Positions 1 through 8,204 of a DNA stretch of 30,238 bases are shown here, piece after piece. Each line of letters opens with the position of its first letter. Within the stretch, counting starts at the first letter, position 1. Under the pieces are notes generated by a model, which was given only the letters and a program-made list of their open reading frames with translations, was not told the origin of the DNA and ran no database searches. Made by a program: the position numbers and the translations under genes. The DNA lies in IMG/VR virus record IMGVR_UViG_3300038954_000398, positions 1-30,238 of that record; one strand, 5' to 3'. The stretch is from a virus (lineage: Duplodnaviria > Caudoviricetes).

Positions 1-21
1 GTAGTTTTTGCAATATTAGCT

Positions 22-363
22 ATGAGACATGCGACAAATGAGCTCCACGAAGAAAACAAAGAACTCCGCCAAGAAAACAATGAGCTCCGCCAAGAACTGG
101 GATACTTCAAAAATAAATACGGGGACCTTGACAATGCGCTTGTAAGCTCAGCAAAAAAGGAGTATAATGAAGAATATAGATGCTTAGAGTTCTCAAAAGA
201 CTTGGTTGAAGAGTTAAAATCAAAAGGAATTCAAGCAGAAGTTGTTAAGGGAGAATCTCCTGCAACAATTGACGATCCCTGGGGGCATGCTTGGGTAGGA
301 ATATGGATTGACCCCCAAAGCGGAAAATTCACTAAAGACTATCAACTGTGGACAAAAAACTAG
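22..363 (+). CDS. hypothetical protein with N-terminal heptad coiled coil
   Basis: 113-aa ORF; ELHEENK/ELRQENN/ELRQELG repeats, then a C...GHAW segment loosely like a transglutaminase/papain-like Cys-His pair; could extend upstream of the window. Confidence 0.6.
   Translation: MRHATNELHEENKELRQENNELRQELGYFKNKYGDLDNALVSSAKKEYNEEYRCLEFSKDLVEELKSKGIQAEVVKGESPATIDDPWGHAWVGIWIDPQSGKFTKDYQLWTKN
40..98 (+). repeat. 21-bp imperfect tandem repeat (about 3 copies) coding coiled-coil heptads
   Basis: gagctccacgaagaaaacaaa / gaactccgccaagaaaacaat / gagctccgccaagaact. Confidence 0.8.
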
Positions 364-563
364 CCGAACTAACAGACGAATACGTCACAATTAGGTTCTC
401 TGCTAGAACAGCACTTGAAGTTGGCTGTTCTGTTACAGAAAAAGTTAAGGTTTACGATGTCGGACCAAATGGAATCATAGCGTCCCGAGACTCAAAACTG
501 GAGCTTTACCCGTGGCACACGATCCAAAAATTAACTCTAACAGAAGAATGGAGCTCGCAATAG
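348..563 (+). CDS. small hypothetical protein (possible Sm/SH3-like beta fold)
   Basis: 71-aa ORF with GTG start, overlapping both neighbours; 'LELYPWHTIQKL' ending recalls Sm-like small phage proteins. Confidence 0.55.
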   Translation: MDKKLAELTDEYVTIRFSARTALEVGCSVTEKVKVYDVGPNGIIASRDSKLELYPWHTIQKLTLTEEWSSQ

Positions 564-745
564 GAATCCTAATAGGACTCAATATTATCTGGATAACTAA
601 CAAGACAAATGAAAAATTAAGAAAATCAAAAATAATCCAGAAAATTAAAAGCAAAAAATCATCAATAGTGAAAGTACCTTCTAAAGAAGAAGAGGAGTTT
701 AATAAACGTAAACAAAAAGGAGAAATATGGGAATCAGACCTTTAG
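548..745 (+). CDS. small membrane-anchored hypothetical protein
   Basis: In-frame ATG at 548 within ORF 512..745; MELAIGILIGLNIIWI hydrophobic N-terminus then Lys-rich tail. Confidence 0.55.
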   Translation: MELAIGILIGLNIIWITNKTNEKLRKSKIIQKIKSKKSSIVKVPSKEEEEFNKRKQKGEIWESDL

Positions 746-990
746 GCAAAAACATTCAAATCAAAGTCCAAAGAAGAGACAAAACAAAATCCGGGCTCTA
801 TGTGGCTAATGAAGGGTCACTAATCTATGAGTACGCAGAAGTTCTGGAAGTAGGAGATCAAGTCTCCAAAGTAGAAAAAGGACAAACAGTTTTGTTCAAG
901 AGTTGGGCGATTGACGAAGTGGAGTTGGAAGATGAAAAAGTACAATTCATAAACGAAGATCAAATCCTAGGATATGAAGCATCTACATAA
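727..990 (+). CDS. groES: co-chaperonin GroES (Cpn10) homolog
   Basis: IRPLGKNIQI ... KTKSGLYV (mobile loop) ... AEVLEVG ... VEKGQTVLF ... INEDQILG match the Cpn10 pattern. Confidence 0.88.
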   Translation: MGIRPLGKNIQIKVQRRDKTKSGLYVANEGSLIYEYAEVLEVGDQVSKVEKGQTVLFKSWAIDEVELEDEKVQFINEDQILGYEAST

Positions 991-1168
991 ATACAACCCG
1001 ATATTCGAAACGGGAGAGGTAACACTAGAAGTTTGCGAAATTTGCAAAAAAAGACTTTACACCAGAAAAGATAAAAACGGAAGAATCGACAACGAACTTT
1101 ATCGAAAAGAACATAAAAGAGACTTTCTCCAACCTTGGGAGAAAGAATTTAAAAAGTATTATAACTAA
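974..1168 (+). CDS. hypothetical protein with H...CxxC
   Basis: 64-aa ORF, HLHKY ... EVCEICKK, overlaps groES end. Confidence 0.6.
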   Translation: MKHLHKYNPIFETGEVTLEVCEICKKRLYTRKDKNGRIDNELYRKEHKRDFLQPWEKEFKKYYN

Positions 1169-1172
1169 ACAC

Positions 1173-1319
1173 ATGAAACCAAACCAAGTACAAATCCTAA
1201 AAATCGACAACGGAATGTTGGTAACTGTAACAACTGTTCGAGAAGGCCAGCAATATCAAAACACTCGCTATGTCAAAGACATGGAAGAGTTAACAGAATT
1301 TTTGAAAACTCTCGCCTAG
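1173..1319 (+). CDS. small hypothetical protein (48 aa, below ORF-track cutoff)
   Basis: ATG 1173 to TAG 1319: MKPNQVQILKIDNGMLVTVTTVREGQQYQNTRYVKDMEELTEFLKTLA; directly followed by a terminator. Confidence 0.65.
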   Translation: MKPNQVQILKIDNGMLVTVTTVREGQQYQNTRYVKDMEELTEFLKTLA

Positions 1320-1323
1320 GCAT

Positions 1324-1355
1324 GACGGGGTGTCGCTAATCCACCCCGTCTTTTT
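1324..1355 (+). terminator. intrinsic terminator
   Basis: GACGGGGTG-tcgctaatc-CACCCCGTC perfect 9-bp stem followed by TTTTT. Confidence 0.85.
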
Positions 1356-1427
1356 CATATAAAAAAACTTATGTTTAAAATTTTCAAATAACTATTACCA
1401 GAGAAATCACAACTAAAATAAAAAATA

Positions 1428-1625
1428 ATGAAATTCAAACAAATTGAATCCGGAACTTACAGCTTCTACAAAGAACACTCGCGCAGTCTCCACATCAGAC
1501 ACTGCCTGTACGCCCTATCAGAAGAAGGAGTTCCTCACAAGTATGTATTAAAACTTAAAAAATGGATCCCCCTCGACGAAATAGATCCCTATTACAGAAT
1601 CACCGAGGAGGACCAGAAAGATTAA
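1428..1625 (+). CDS. hypothetical protein
   Basis: 65-aa ORF after A-rich leader, abuts the small terminase start. Confidence 0.55.
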   Translation: MKFKQIESGTYSFYKEHSRSLHIRHCLYALSEEGVPHKYVLKLKKWIPLDEIDPYYRITEEDQKD

Positions 1626-1626
1626 A

Positions 1627-2034
1627 ATGGCCAGACCACTCAAATTTAAAACACCAGAAGAACTCCAAGAGAAGATCGATAATTACATGCAGGAAGTCTC
1701 AAATCAAGACAGAGTTCCCACAATAGCGGGATTGGCTGTTAGTCTTGACACAAATAGAGATACACTTTGTAATTATGGAGACAGAGAAGAGTTTTCTGAC
1801 ACTATAAAAAAGGCCAAGACTTTAATAGCCGCTATTCAAGAGGAAATGGCGCTTAAAAATAGGATCAACTCCTCTGTTTGGATTTTCTCCGCAAAAAACA
1901 ATCTTGGCTATAACGACAAAAAAGAAGTCAGCCAAACAACTAAACTTGAAGGAGAATTTAAGATTAACAAAAAGGCAGAGTCTATTGCTAGTAAATACGA
2001 AGAAGAACTTAAAGAATCAATAACATCAACATGA
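1627..2034 (+). CDS. terS: terminase small subunit (P22 gp3-like DNA-packaging protein)
   Basis: MARPLKFKTPEELQEKIDNY ... PTIAGLAVSLDTNRDTLCNY ... FSDTIKKAK ... IFSAKNNLGY is the typical pattern; upstream of the large terminase. Confidence 0.85.
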   Translation: MARPLKFKTPEELQEKIDNYMQEVSNQDRVPTIAGLAVSLDTNRDTLCNYGDREEFSDTIKKAKTLIAAIQEEMALKNRINSSVWIFSAKNNLGYNDKKEVSQTTKLEGEFKINKKAESIASKYEEELKESITST

Positions 2035-2079
2035 CCACCCCAGAAGAACACCTTCAGGAATTAAAAAAGCAATAGGATT

Positions 2080-2337
2080 ATGAGAAAACCATGCGCAGCT
2101 TGCGGAGGTAACAACTTCATCGCAAGAGTAAGAACTATTTACAAAAGAATAGAACTAAAAAGATCTTTGTGGGATAAACTACTAGGCAATTATCCAGCAA
2201 AAAGCAAAGAGCTTGGTCAAAAGCTAATGTTGGCATGTGCTGATTGTGGGCACATGAGATCAGAAAAATTCCACGACAACGAGAGAAGAAAAAAAGAACT
2301 AGACAACCTCGGGGATAGTGTATTTAGCATGTTTTAA
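2080..2337 (+). CDS. small zinc-ribbon protein
   Basis: CAACG ... CADCG pair of CxxC motifs. Confidence 0.6.
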   Translation: MRKPCAACGGNNFIARVRTIYKRIELKRSLWDKLLGNYPAKSKELGQKLMLACADCGHMRSEKFHDNERRKKELDNLGDSVFSMF

Positions 2338-2493
2338 GTTGCTTCCATAAACAAGGCGGAAGGCTTCCAGTTGCCAGCACTTCAGTGCCAAAAGTGCCCG
2401 GCGGCCCGTAAAGCGCAAAGACAACAATGATTATCCTAGGAAATCACTTTAACTCTTGACTGGAGTAAGCACCGCCTGGTTTATGAAAACAAC
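2338..2493 (+). ncRNA. candidate structured RNA with long closing helix
   Basis: Manual pairing: GTTG/CAAC, CATAAAC(2346-52)/GTTTATG(2479-85), AGGCGG(2354-59)/CCGCCT(2472-77), GCTT/AAGC, CCAGTT/GACTGG; GC-rich interior with small hairpins. Confidence 0.55.
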
Positions 2494-2749
2494 AAGAACA
2501 CGAGCAAAAAAATTTAAGAGGCTTTTTAATAAAGGCAGGATAGAGGAGGCCGTTCGTTGCTTCAGGTTAAAGTTGACAAAAAACAAAGAAGTGGTGCCAA
2601 TTCTCATTAATTTGAGTAAGCACTACCGTCTAGGAATTAGTGAAAGAAAAATAAAAGGAATGGTTAATGAAGCCAAGCTTAAAAAAATTGGGGTAGGAGC
2701 ATTAGAAACTTATGAAGTTAAGCATTCTAAAATAAAATTAGAATGCTAG
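2483..2749 (+). CDS. basic hypothetical protein
   Basis: ATG 2483 inside ORF 2456..2749; Lys/Arg-rich; overlaps the terminase start. Confidence 0.55.
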   Translation: MKTTRTRAKKFKRLFNKGRIEEAVRCFRLKLTKNKEVVPILINLSKHYRLGISERKIKGMVNEAKLKKIGVGALETYEVKHSKIKLEC

Positions 2750-4272
2750 AGAAAGTATCAATACATAGATGGATACAGAAACATGGGCTGAAAACAGAGC
2801 AGGGCGACCCCATCTCATTTAAAGACCACCTATTCTTATTTGATCCATACCGCGACTTAACCCCAAAGCAGGTTATCTTCAAGGCAGCTCAAATTGGATT
2901 CAGTACCCTGGCGATTCTAAAGTCTTTATGGATAGCAAGAAACAGAGGTCTAAATATAATCTACACACTACCAACAGAATCAGACCGTAACGCTTTTGTA
3001 GGAGGCAAGGTTAACCGGATAATTACCCAAAACCCAATCCTACAAGAATACACCAAAGACAAAGACAGTGTAGAACAGAAATCAGTAGGAGAAAGTATCA
3101 TAAACTATAAGGGAACTTGGACAGAGAAAGCTGCAATTATGGTATCAAGTGATCTTAATATCTATGATGAAGTAGACGCTTCTAAGCAATCAGTAGTAGA
3201 ACAATACTCTACAAGACTTCAGCACTCTAAGTTTAAGTGGGAATGGTACTTTTCTCACCCTTCATCAGTAGGATCAGGAGTTGACACTTATTGGGATAGA
3301 AGCGACCAAAAGCATTGGTTTATTAAATGCTCCAGATGTAATTCTCACCAATTCATGGAATGGCCGAAGTCAATAAGAGATGGTCAATATATCTGCAAAG
3401 CTTGTGAAAAACCACTAAGAGAAGAAGACCGTCGAGTTGGAGAGTGGGTCCAAAAATACACAGACAGACAATTTTCCGGATATTGGATACCGCTGATGAT
3501 TTGCCCTTGGGTGCCAGCAACCGAAATTGAAGAATATCACAAATACAAGACAGAAGAATATTTTTACAACAAAGTCCTCGGGCTTCCTTATGTAGGAGGA
3601 GGAAATAAGCTAACCAAGGACCACTTCATGAGGAACCTAACAACCAAGATACTAACACCAGACAGAAATGAGAGAGTAGTGATTGGAGTGGACACCGGAA
3701 AGCAAATTCACTATGTTTGCGGCGGTCAATACGGACTATTTTACTATGATACCGCCAAAGACTATGACGAAATAGAGCAACTCTTTCACCGTTGGCCAAG
3801 ATCAATAGCAGTTATCGACCAAGGAGGAGATCTCATCGGCCCTAGAAAACTAAGAGAAAAATACCCTGGCAGAGTGTACCTTTGTACATTCGGAGAGGAT
3901 AGAAAAACCAAAGAGCTTATCAGGTGGGGGCAAAGAGATGAAGATGGCGCAGTGATAGCAGACCGGAACAGAATGATTCAACTTACAGTTGATGAATTCA
4001 CCGACAAACTAATTCCGGTGCAAGGAACAGAAAATGACTGGTTTGACTATTGGCTACACTGGAATAACCTCACAAGAAGAAAAGAAATGGACGAAAAAAC
4101 AAACACAGTCAAAAGGAAAATATGGATAAGGAGTGGAGATGACCACTGGGCACTTGCCACCGTATATTGTAGAATTGGGCTGAGCAGATTTGCTGGAGAC
4201 TCTCAGATATTAGGAGGAGAGAGTGAGTTAGGCTTCAAAAAAGGAATAGAACTAACATCTAGAGACATATAA
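2743..4272 (+). CDS. terL: terminase large subunit, lambda GpA-like
   Basis: KAAQIGFST (GpA-type Walker A), IYDEVD (Walker B), FSHP coupling motif, CSRC...CKAC zinc site, FYNKVLGLPY, nuclease motifs IGVDTG and GDDHW. Confidence 0.9.
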   Translation: MLEKVSIHRWIQKHGLKTEQGDPISFKDHLFLFDPYRDLTPKQVIFKAAQIGFSTLAILKSLWIARNRGLNIIYTLPTESDRNAFVGGKVNRIITQNPILQEYTKDKDSVEQKSVGESIINYKGTWTEKAAIMVSSDLNIYDEVDASKQSVVEQYSTRLQHSKFKWEWYFSHPSSVGSGVDTYWDRSDQKHWFIKCSRCNSHQFMEWPKSIRDGQYICKACEKPLREEDRRVGEWVQKYTDRQFSGYWIPLMICPWVPATEIEEYHKYKTEEYFYNKVLGLPYVGGGNKLTKDHFMRNLTTKILTPDRNERVVIGVDTGKQIHYVCGGQYGLFYYDTAKDYDEIEQLFHRWPRSIAVIDQGGDLIGPRKLREKYPGRVYLCTFGEDRKTKELIRWGQRDEDGAVIADRNRMIQLTVDEFTDKLIPVQGTENDWFDYWLHWNNLTRRKEMDEKTNTVKRKIWIRSGDDHWALATVYCRIGLSRFAGDSQILGGESELGFKKGIELTSRDI

Positions 4273-4425
4273 ATGAAAAAAGACCGCACCCTAGTGCTCG
4301 CTACAATAGAACAAAGAATCAAAGAGCTTGAAAAACATGGTCAAGGCAAGGTAGTTATCTTCATTAAAAAACACTCCATTGACACTTGGACAACTGTCAG
4401 AGAGGAGAGGTCAACCGAGAGTTGA
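4273..4425 (+). CDS. small protein (50 aa), YezD/DUF2292-like
   Basis: ATG 4273 to TGA 4425: MKKDRTLVLATIEQRIKELEKHGQGKVVIFIKKHSIDTWTTVREERSTES; helix followed by G-x-V-x-I-x-I strands; family call from memory of the pattern. Confidence 0.6.
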   Translation: MKKDRTLVLATIEQRIKELEKHGQGKVVIFIKKHSIDTWTTVREERSTES

Positions 4426-4449
4426 CAAAAAAATTAAATAGCGTAGAAT
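4422..4449 (+). promoter_or_regulatory. sigma70-type promoter for the head operon
   Basis: TTGACA(4422-27), 16 nt, TAGAAT(4444-49); upstream of portal. Confidence 0.7.
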
Positions 4450-4473
4450 AAGAAAAACGCTCAAACCTACAAG

Positions 4474-4510
4474 AGCCGTAACCTTAATTGGTTGCGGCTG
4501 TCTTTATTTA
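4474..4510 (+). terminator. leader hairpin / terminator-like attenuator before portal
   Basis: AGCCGTAACC-ttaatt-GGTTGCGGCT 10-bp stem (one G-U) followed by gtctttattt. Confidence 0.6.
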
Positions 4511-4516
4511 TAAACA

Positions 4517-6319
4517 ATGGGATTTTTTGACGGAGTAGCCCCTTTATTTAAGGGCAATAAAAACATCGGAACCAGCGGCGAAGGTCTAAAAAGTGAAGGA
4601 CCCCAAGAGGAAGCTGATGAACTTACCTTGTCGATGGATGATGAGGAGCTTCTGGCACTCGCTAAAGAATGGGAAACAGAGTACGAAGACTACAACGCCA
4701 AAATCTCAAAAATTCAAGACAAAAATGAGAAGTACTGGGCCTATGGATGCGAAGGTGAAGACAAGAACAATGTAGACAACCTAATCTTTGAAGCCCTCGA
4801 GACTTTTCTTCCCATTGCAACCCAAAGAAACCCTGAGCCGGTAGTTATAGCAGACAACACCCCAGAAGGAGAGAAGTTGGCGAAGAAAGTCAATAAAATG
4901 CTTGTTTATTTGGCAGACCACCTTAGCCTGAAACTCAAACTTAAAAGAGCCACCAGATACTGGGCTCTTCACTTACTAGGGGTAGCTAAGCTTGTATGGA
5001 ATGAAGAGGAGGAAGAAATTGAAGTTCAAATACCAAGAACTAAAGATATAATACTAGACCCCAACTTCTCTATTAATGACAACATGCAATATGAGGGCGA
5101 GTATATTGGAGAGAGAATAAGAGACAAGGCCTCGGTGATGGTAGAAAAGTTTCCAAAAAAGAAAAAAGAGATTGAAGCTATGGTTAACGGCAAGATGGGA
5201 ACGATAATTGATTATACAGAATGGTGGACTGATGACTATGTATTTTGGACTCTTAAAGACATTGTTTTAGATAAAGCAAGAAATCCGCACTGGAATTACA
5301 GAGAAGAAAGAGAGACCGTTGACGAATTCGGCGAGCCAACTATGGAAGAGATACCGGAATTCAATCACTTCCTTTCGCCTCAAAAGCCTTATGCCTTCAT
5401 GTCAATTTTTAACTTGGGGGATCAACCTCATGATAGCACCTCTCTAATAAGCCAGAACATTCCGAACCAGAAGAGAATCAATGAATTGCACAAGCAAATC
5501 GAAAAGAACGTTAAAATGATGAACGGGGGAATGGCAATCTCCGGAGAGAAATCTGGATTGTCCAAGGAGGAATCCTCTAGAGCTGGTAAGGCTCTAAGAG
5601 AGGGTCATATCATATATTTGAATAGCGGAGACCCGAACACTTCAATTGCCAGGTTTAACCAAGGATCCCTTCCTGCCGATGTGTTCAATAGCCTTTACGA
5701 TTTCCGAAACGAGCTGAGAAGTATTTTTGGCGTTAGTGGGTCAACCGCAAGTGGGACCCAACAAGAGCAGACCGTGAGGGGTAAAATTATTGTAAGACAA
5801 CAAGATCAATCTAGGATCGGAGGAGGGGTAACAGAGTTTCTAGAGCAATTTGCCGACAGAATATTCAATTACATGCTCCAGATGATGATGGTCTACTATG
5901 ATAAGGAACATGTAGCATCCTTAATCGGAGAAGCAGGCGCGGATGAATATGTAACATTGAGCAGGCAAGAATTCATGCAAGTCCCCGCCAAACTTACCGT
6001 TAGCGTTAAGGAAGGCTCTCTGATTCCTAAGGACCCCCTTACCAAGTCTAGTCAAGCAATGGACCTTGCCAACGCCGGAATGCTAGACCCTATTTCCTTA
6101 TTTGAAGCGCTAGACTACCCAGACCCAAGAGGAACAGCAGAAAAAATGTACAAATGGAACAACGCCCCCGAAACATTGTTCCAAGAGAACCTGGAAGGGA
6201 TGGACGTAGTAGGGCAAGTACAGCAAGCCCAACAGCAGGCGCAAATCAACCAACAAAACCAACAAGCAGCAGTAGAGAACGCAGCGCTGGGGATAGGAGA
6301 ACAAACTCCGTTAGCATAA
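4517..6319 (+). CDS. portal protein
   Basis: 600 aa, follows terL; 'NLIFEALETFLP...NPEP', helical acidic body, Q-rich C-terminus as in P22-like portals. Confidence 0.85.
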   Translation: MGFFDGVAPLFKGNKNIGTSGEGLKSEGPQEEADELTLSMDDEELLALAKEWETEYEDYNAKISKIQDKNEKYWAYGCEGEDKNNVDNLIFEALETFLPIATQRNPEPVVIADNTPEGEKLAKKVNKMLVYLADHLSLKLKLKRATRYWALHLLGVAKLVWNEEEEEIEVQIPRTKDIILDPNFSINDNMQYEGEYIGERIRDKASVMVEKFPKKKKEIEAMVNGKMGTIIDYTEWWTDDYVFWTLKDIVLDKARNPHWNYREERETVDEFGEPTMEEIPEFNHFLSPQKPYAFMSIFNLGDQPHDSTSLISQNIPNQKRINELHKQIEKNVKMMNGGMAISGEKSGLSKEESSRAGKALREGHIIYLNSGDPNTSIARFNQGSLPADVFNSLYDFRNELRSIFGVSGSTASGTQQEQTVRGKIIVRQQDQSRIGGGVTEFLEQFADRIFNYMLQMMMVYYDKEHVASLIGEAGADEYVTLSRQEFMQVPAKLTVSVKEGSLIPKDPLTKSSQAMDLANAGMLDPISLFEALDYPDPRGTAEKMYKWNNAPETLFQENLEGMDVVGQVQQAQQQAQINQQNQQAAVENAALGIGEQTPLA

Positions 6320-6330
6320 TTTTTTAAATA

Positions 6331-6361
6331 GGGTGCCAAGTGTAGAGCTCACCCGCCTACA
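6331..6361 (+). promoter_or_regulatory. 5' leader motif copy A (pseudoknot-like)
   Basis: GGGTG(6331-35)/CACCC(6350-54) crossed with TGTAG(6341-45)/CTACA(6357-61); 5 nt before scaffold ATG; homologous to 9441-9473. Confidence 0.55.
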
Positions 6362-6366
6362 AACAA

Positions 6367-7137
6367 ATGCTAGAACAAAAAAACGACGAAGCCCAAGAAG
6401 AACTTGACGACCTCTTACAAGAGGAAGAACAGTTCGGGGAAGAGGAAGCAACACCTGAAGATTCGTCACCTTCAAACGAAGAGGATGACCAACCTGAAGA
6501 GTCAGGGGAAGAGGACCCCGAAGAAAACCTCCCATTTCACAAGCACCCTCGCTGGAAGGAGATGCAAGAAGAGCGCAAGCAATATAAAGAAGAGCGTGAG
6601 CAACTCAAAAAAGAACTTGAGTCAATTAAAGGAAGAACTCAAGAGATAGACCAGCTGAAGGAGCAATTTAACAAGCAACCAGACGAACTCCCGGAATTCT
6701 ATAAGAAACTCTGGGGAGACGACGAAACGGCAAGGGAGGCCTACAAGCTCTACAAGCAAGCAGAAGAAGAAAAACTTGCTAGCTTGAAAGAAAGCGTTAG
6801 GCAGGAACTTGAAGAAGAAAAGCGCCAAGAGGAGGCGAGACAAAAAGAAGCTCAAAAAATGATCGACGATCAGTACAAAGAGCTTGAGGAAAGTGGATAC
6901 AAATTCAACAAGGACGAACTAGCTAATATTGCTATCGAACTTGACTTGTACAACCCACAGACCGGAGTCTACAATCTTCTAGCTGCTAATGAAATTCTTC
7001 AAGCCAGGAAGAGCCAGAGTCCATTAACTGAAAAGAAAAAGGGGCTGGCTTCAAAAACCACCTCTCGAGCTTCGTCATCTCCCAAAAAAAATAAAACTTG
7101 GACAATCAAGGAACTTAGAGAGAATAGAATCTGGTAG
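6367..7137 (+). CDS. capsid scaffolding protein
   Basis: Between portal and capsid; acidic disordered N-terminus, PFHKHPRWKE motif, long coiled coil, basic C-terminal tail. Confidence 0.8.
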   Translation: MLEQKNDEAQEELDDLLQEEEQFGEEEATPEDSSPSNEEDDQPEESGEEDPEENLPFHKHPRWKEMQEERKQYKEEREQLKKELESIKGRTQEIDQLKEQFNKQPDELPEFYKKLWGDDETAREAYKLYKQAEEEKLASLKESVRQELEEEKRQEEARQKEAQKMIDDQYKELEESGYKFNKDELANIAIELDLYNPQTGVYNLLAANEILQARKSQSPLTEKKKGLASKTTSRASSSPKKNKTWTIKELRENRIW

Positions 7138-7159
7138 AAGTCTGAATTAACTCAAAACA

Positions 7160-8200
7160 ATGGCAGTTTCTGATCAAAAGAATGTAATCACCTCGACTCA
7201 GGACGAGATTGCACCACACGTCGTTAATCATGTATTCGACAGCAATGTCCTCTTGAGCAAGGTTTTGCCAAAGGCAAAAATGTGGGTAGGTGAAACTCAC
7301 AAGGAGCCTATCATGTACAAAAGCGGTCCTGCCGGAAGGTCCTTTCAGGGAGCCGACACCTTGGGAACATCTGTAGCTGACAACTTCGTGAACATGCAAT
7401 TTACTCCGACTAACTACGACATGCATGTATCATTGCCGGTTGACCAGATCATGTACAACAAGGGTAAGGCTCAAGTTGTAGATCTAGTTAAGCGTCAGAT
7501 GCAAACTCGAGCGATGCAAATGGCCGACGAACTGGGAGACATCTTTTATGGGGACGGAACCGGTAACAACGGAAAAGACTTTGATGGTCTGGAGTCATTA
7601 GTTGACGACGGTACAAATGTTTCCACAATTGGAGGCTTGAGCCGGTCAACTTATAGCACTTTGAATTCTACTGTTACCGACACAAGCGGAACCCTTACTT
7701 TGCTCAAGATGCGAAATTTGTGGAACAGCGTTTCCTCTGGGAGGGTAACCCCAACTGATTCGTTCACTACCGAAGCCATCTATAGCCTCTACGAGAGCTT
7801 GCTAGATCCTCAGCGCCGAATCATGGTGTCCGGCGATGGAAAACAGCAAAACGGTGGATTCGGATTCGACACCTTGTCTTTCGAAGGAAAACCCATCTAT
7901 AAGGACGAGAAATGCCCAAGCGGTACTATGTACTTCTTAAACATGGACTTCCTAGAGTTCCGAGCCAAGCCTTGGAAGGGAGACTTGATGGGAGCAAAGT
8001 ATAAGGAAGTTAATATCGCTGGAGACATCGTCAAGGATAATCAGTACAGCGAGGGAGTTAAGGGTCTTGGATTCTCAATGACAGAATTTATCCAGCCCTT
8101 TAACGCTCACGTTTTAATCTCTCATATTGTGTTGTCCGGTAACATGATCACTTCTAACCCAAGAAGGCATGGTAAGTTAACCGGAATCACTGGAGTATAA
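7160..8200 (+). CDS. major capsid protein (HK97 fold)
   Basis: 346 aa after scaffold; 'VVDLVKRQM...IFYGDGTGNNGKDFDGL', 'GFDTLSFEGKPIYKDEKCPSGTMYFLN', 'NPRRHGKLTGI' are typical capsid segments. Confidence 0.88.
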   Translation: MAVSDQKNVITSTQDEIAPHVVNHVFDSNVLLSKVLPKAKMWVGETHKEPIMYKSGPAGRSFQGADTLGTSVADNFVNMQFTPTNYDMHVSLPVDQIMYNKGKAQVVDLVKRQMQTRAMQMADELGDIFYGDGTGNNGKDFDGLESLVDDGTNVSTIGGLSRSTYSTLNSTVTDTSGTLTLLKMRNLWNSVSSGRVTPTDSFTTEAIYSLYESLLDPQRRIMVSGDGKQQNGGFGFDTLSFEGKPIYKDEKCPSGTMYFLNMDFLEFRAKPWKGDLMGAKYKEVNIAGDIVKDNQYSEGVKGLGFSMTEFIQPFNAHVLISHIVLSGNMITSNPRRHGKLTGITGV

Positions 8201-8204
8201 TCTT

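Noticed and set aside
2031-2075. Short ORF MTTPEEHLQELKKQ ending in TAG, raising possible TAG recoding
   Set aside because: Reading through TAG hits TAA soon after, and all large genes are intact in the standard code, so there is no evidence of stop-codon reassignment
2338-2430. In-frame continuation after the TAA of ORF 2080 containing a further CQKC, suggesting read-through
   Set aside because: TAA read-through is unlikely, there is no own start, and the region is better explained by the long RNA helix
6348-6359. Resemblance of CTCACCCGCCTA to the 16S rRNA 3' end (anti-SD mimic)
   Set aside because: Match is short and imperfect; internal pairing with GGGTG explains the sequence more simply
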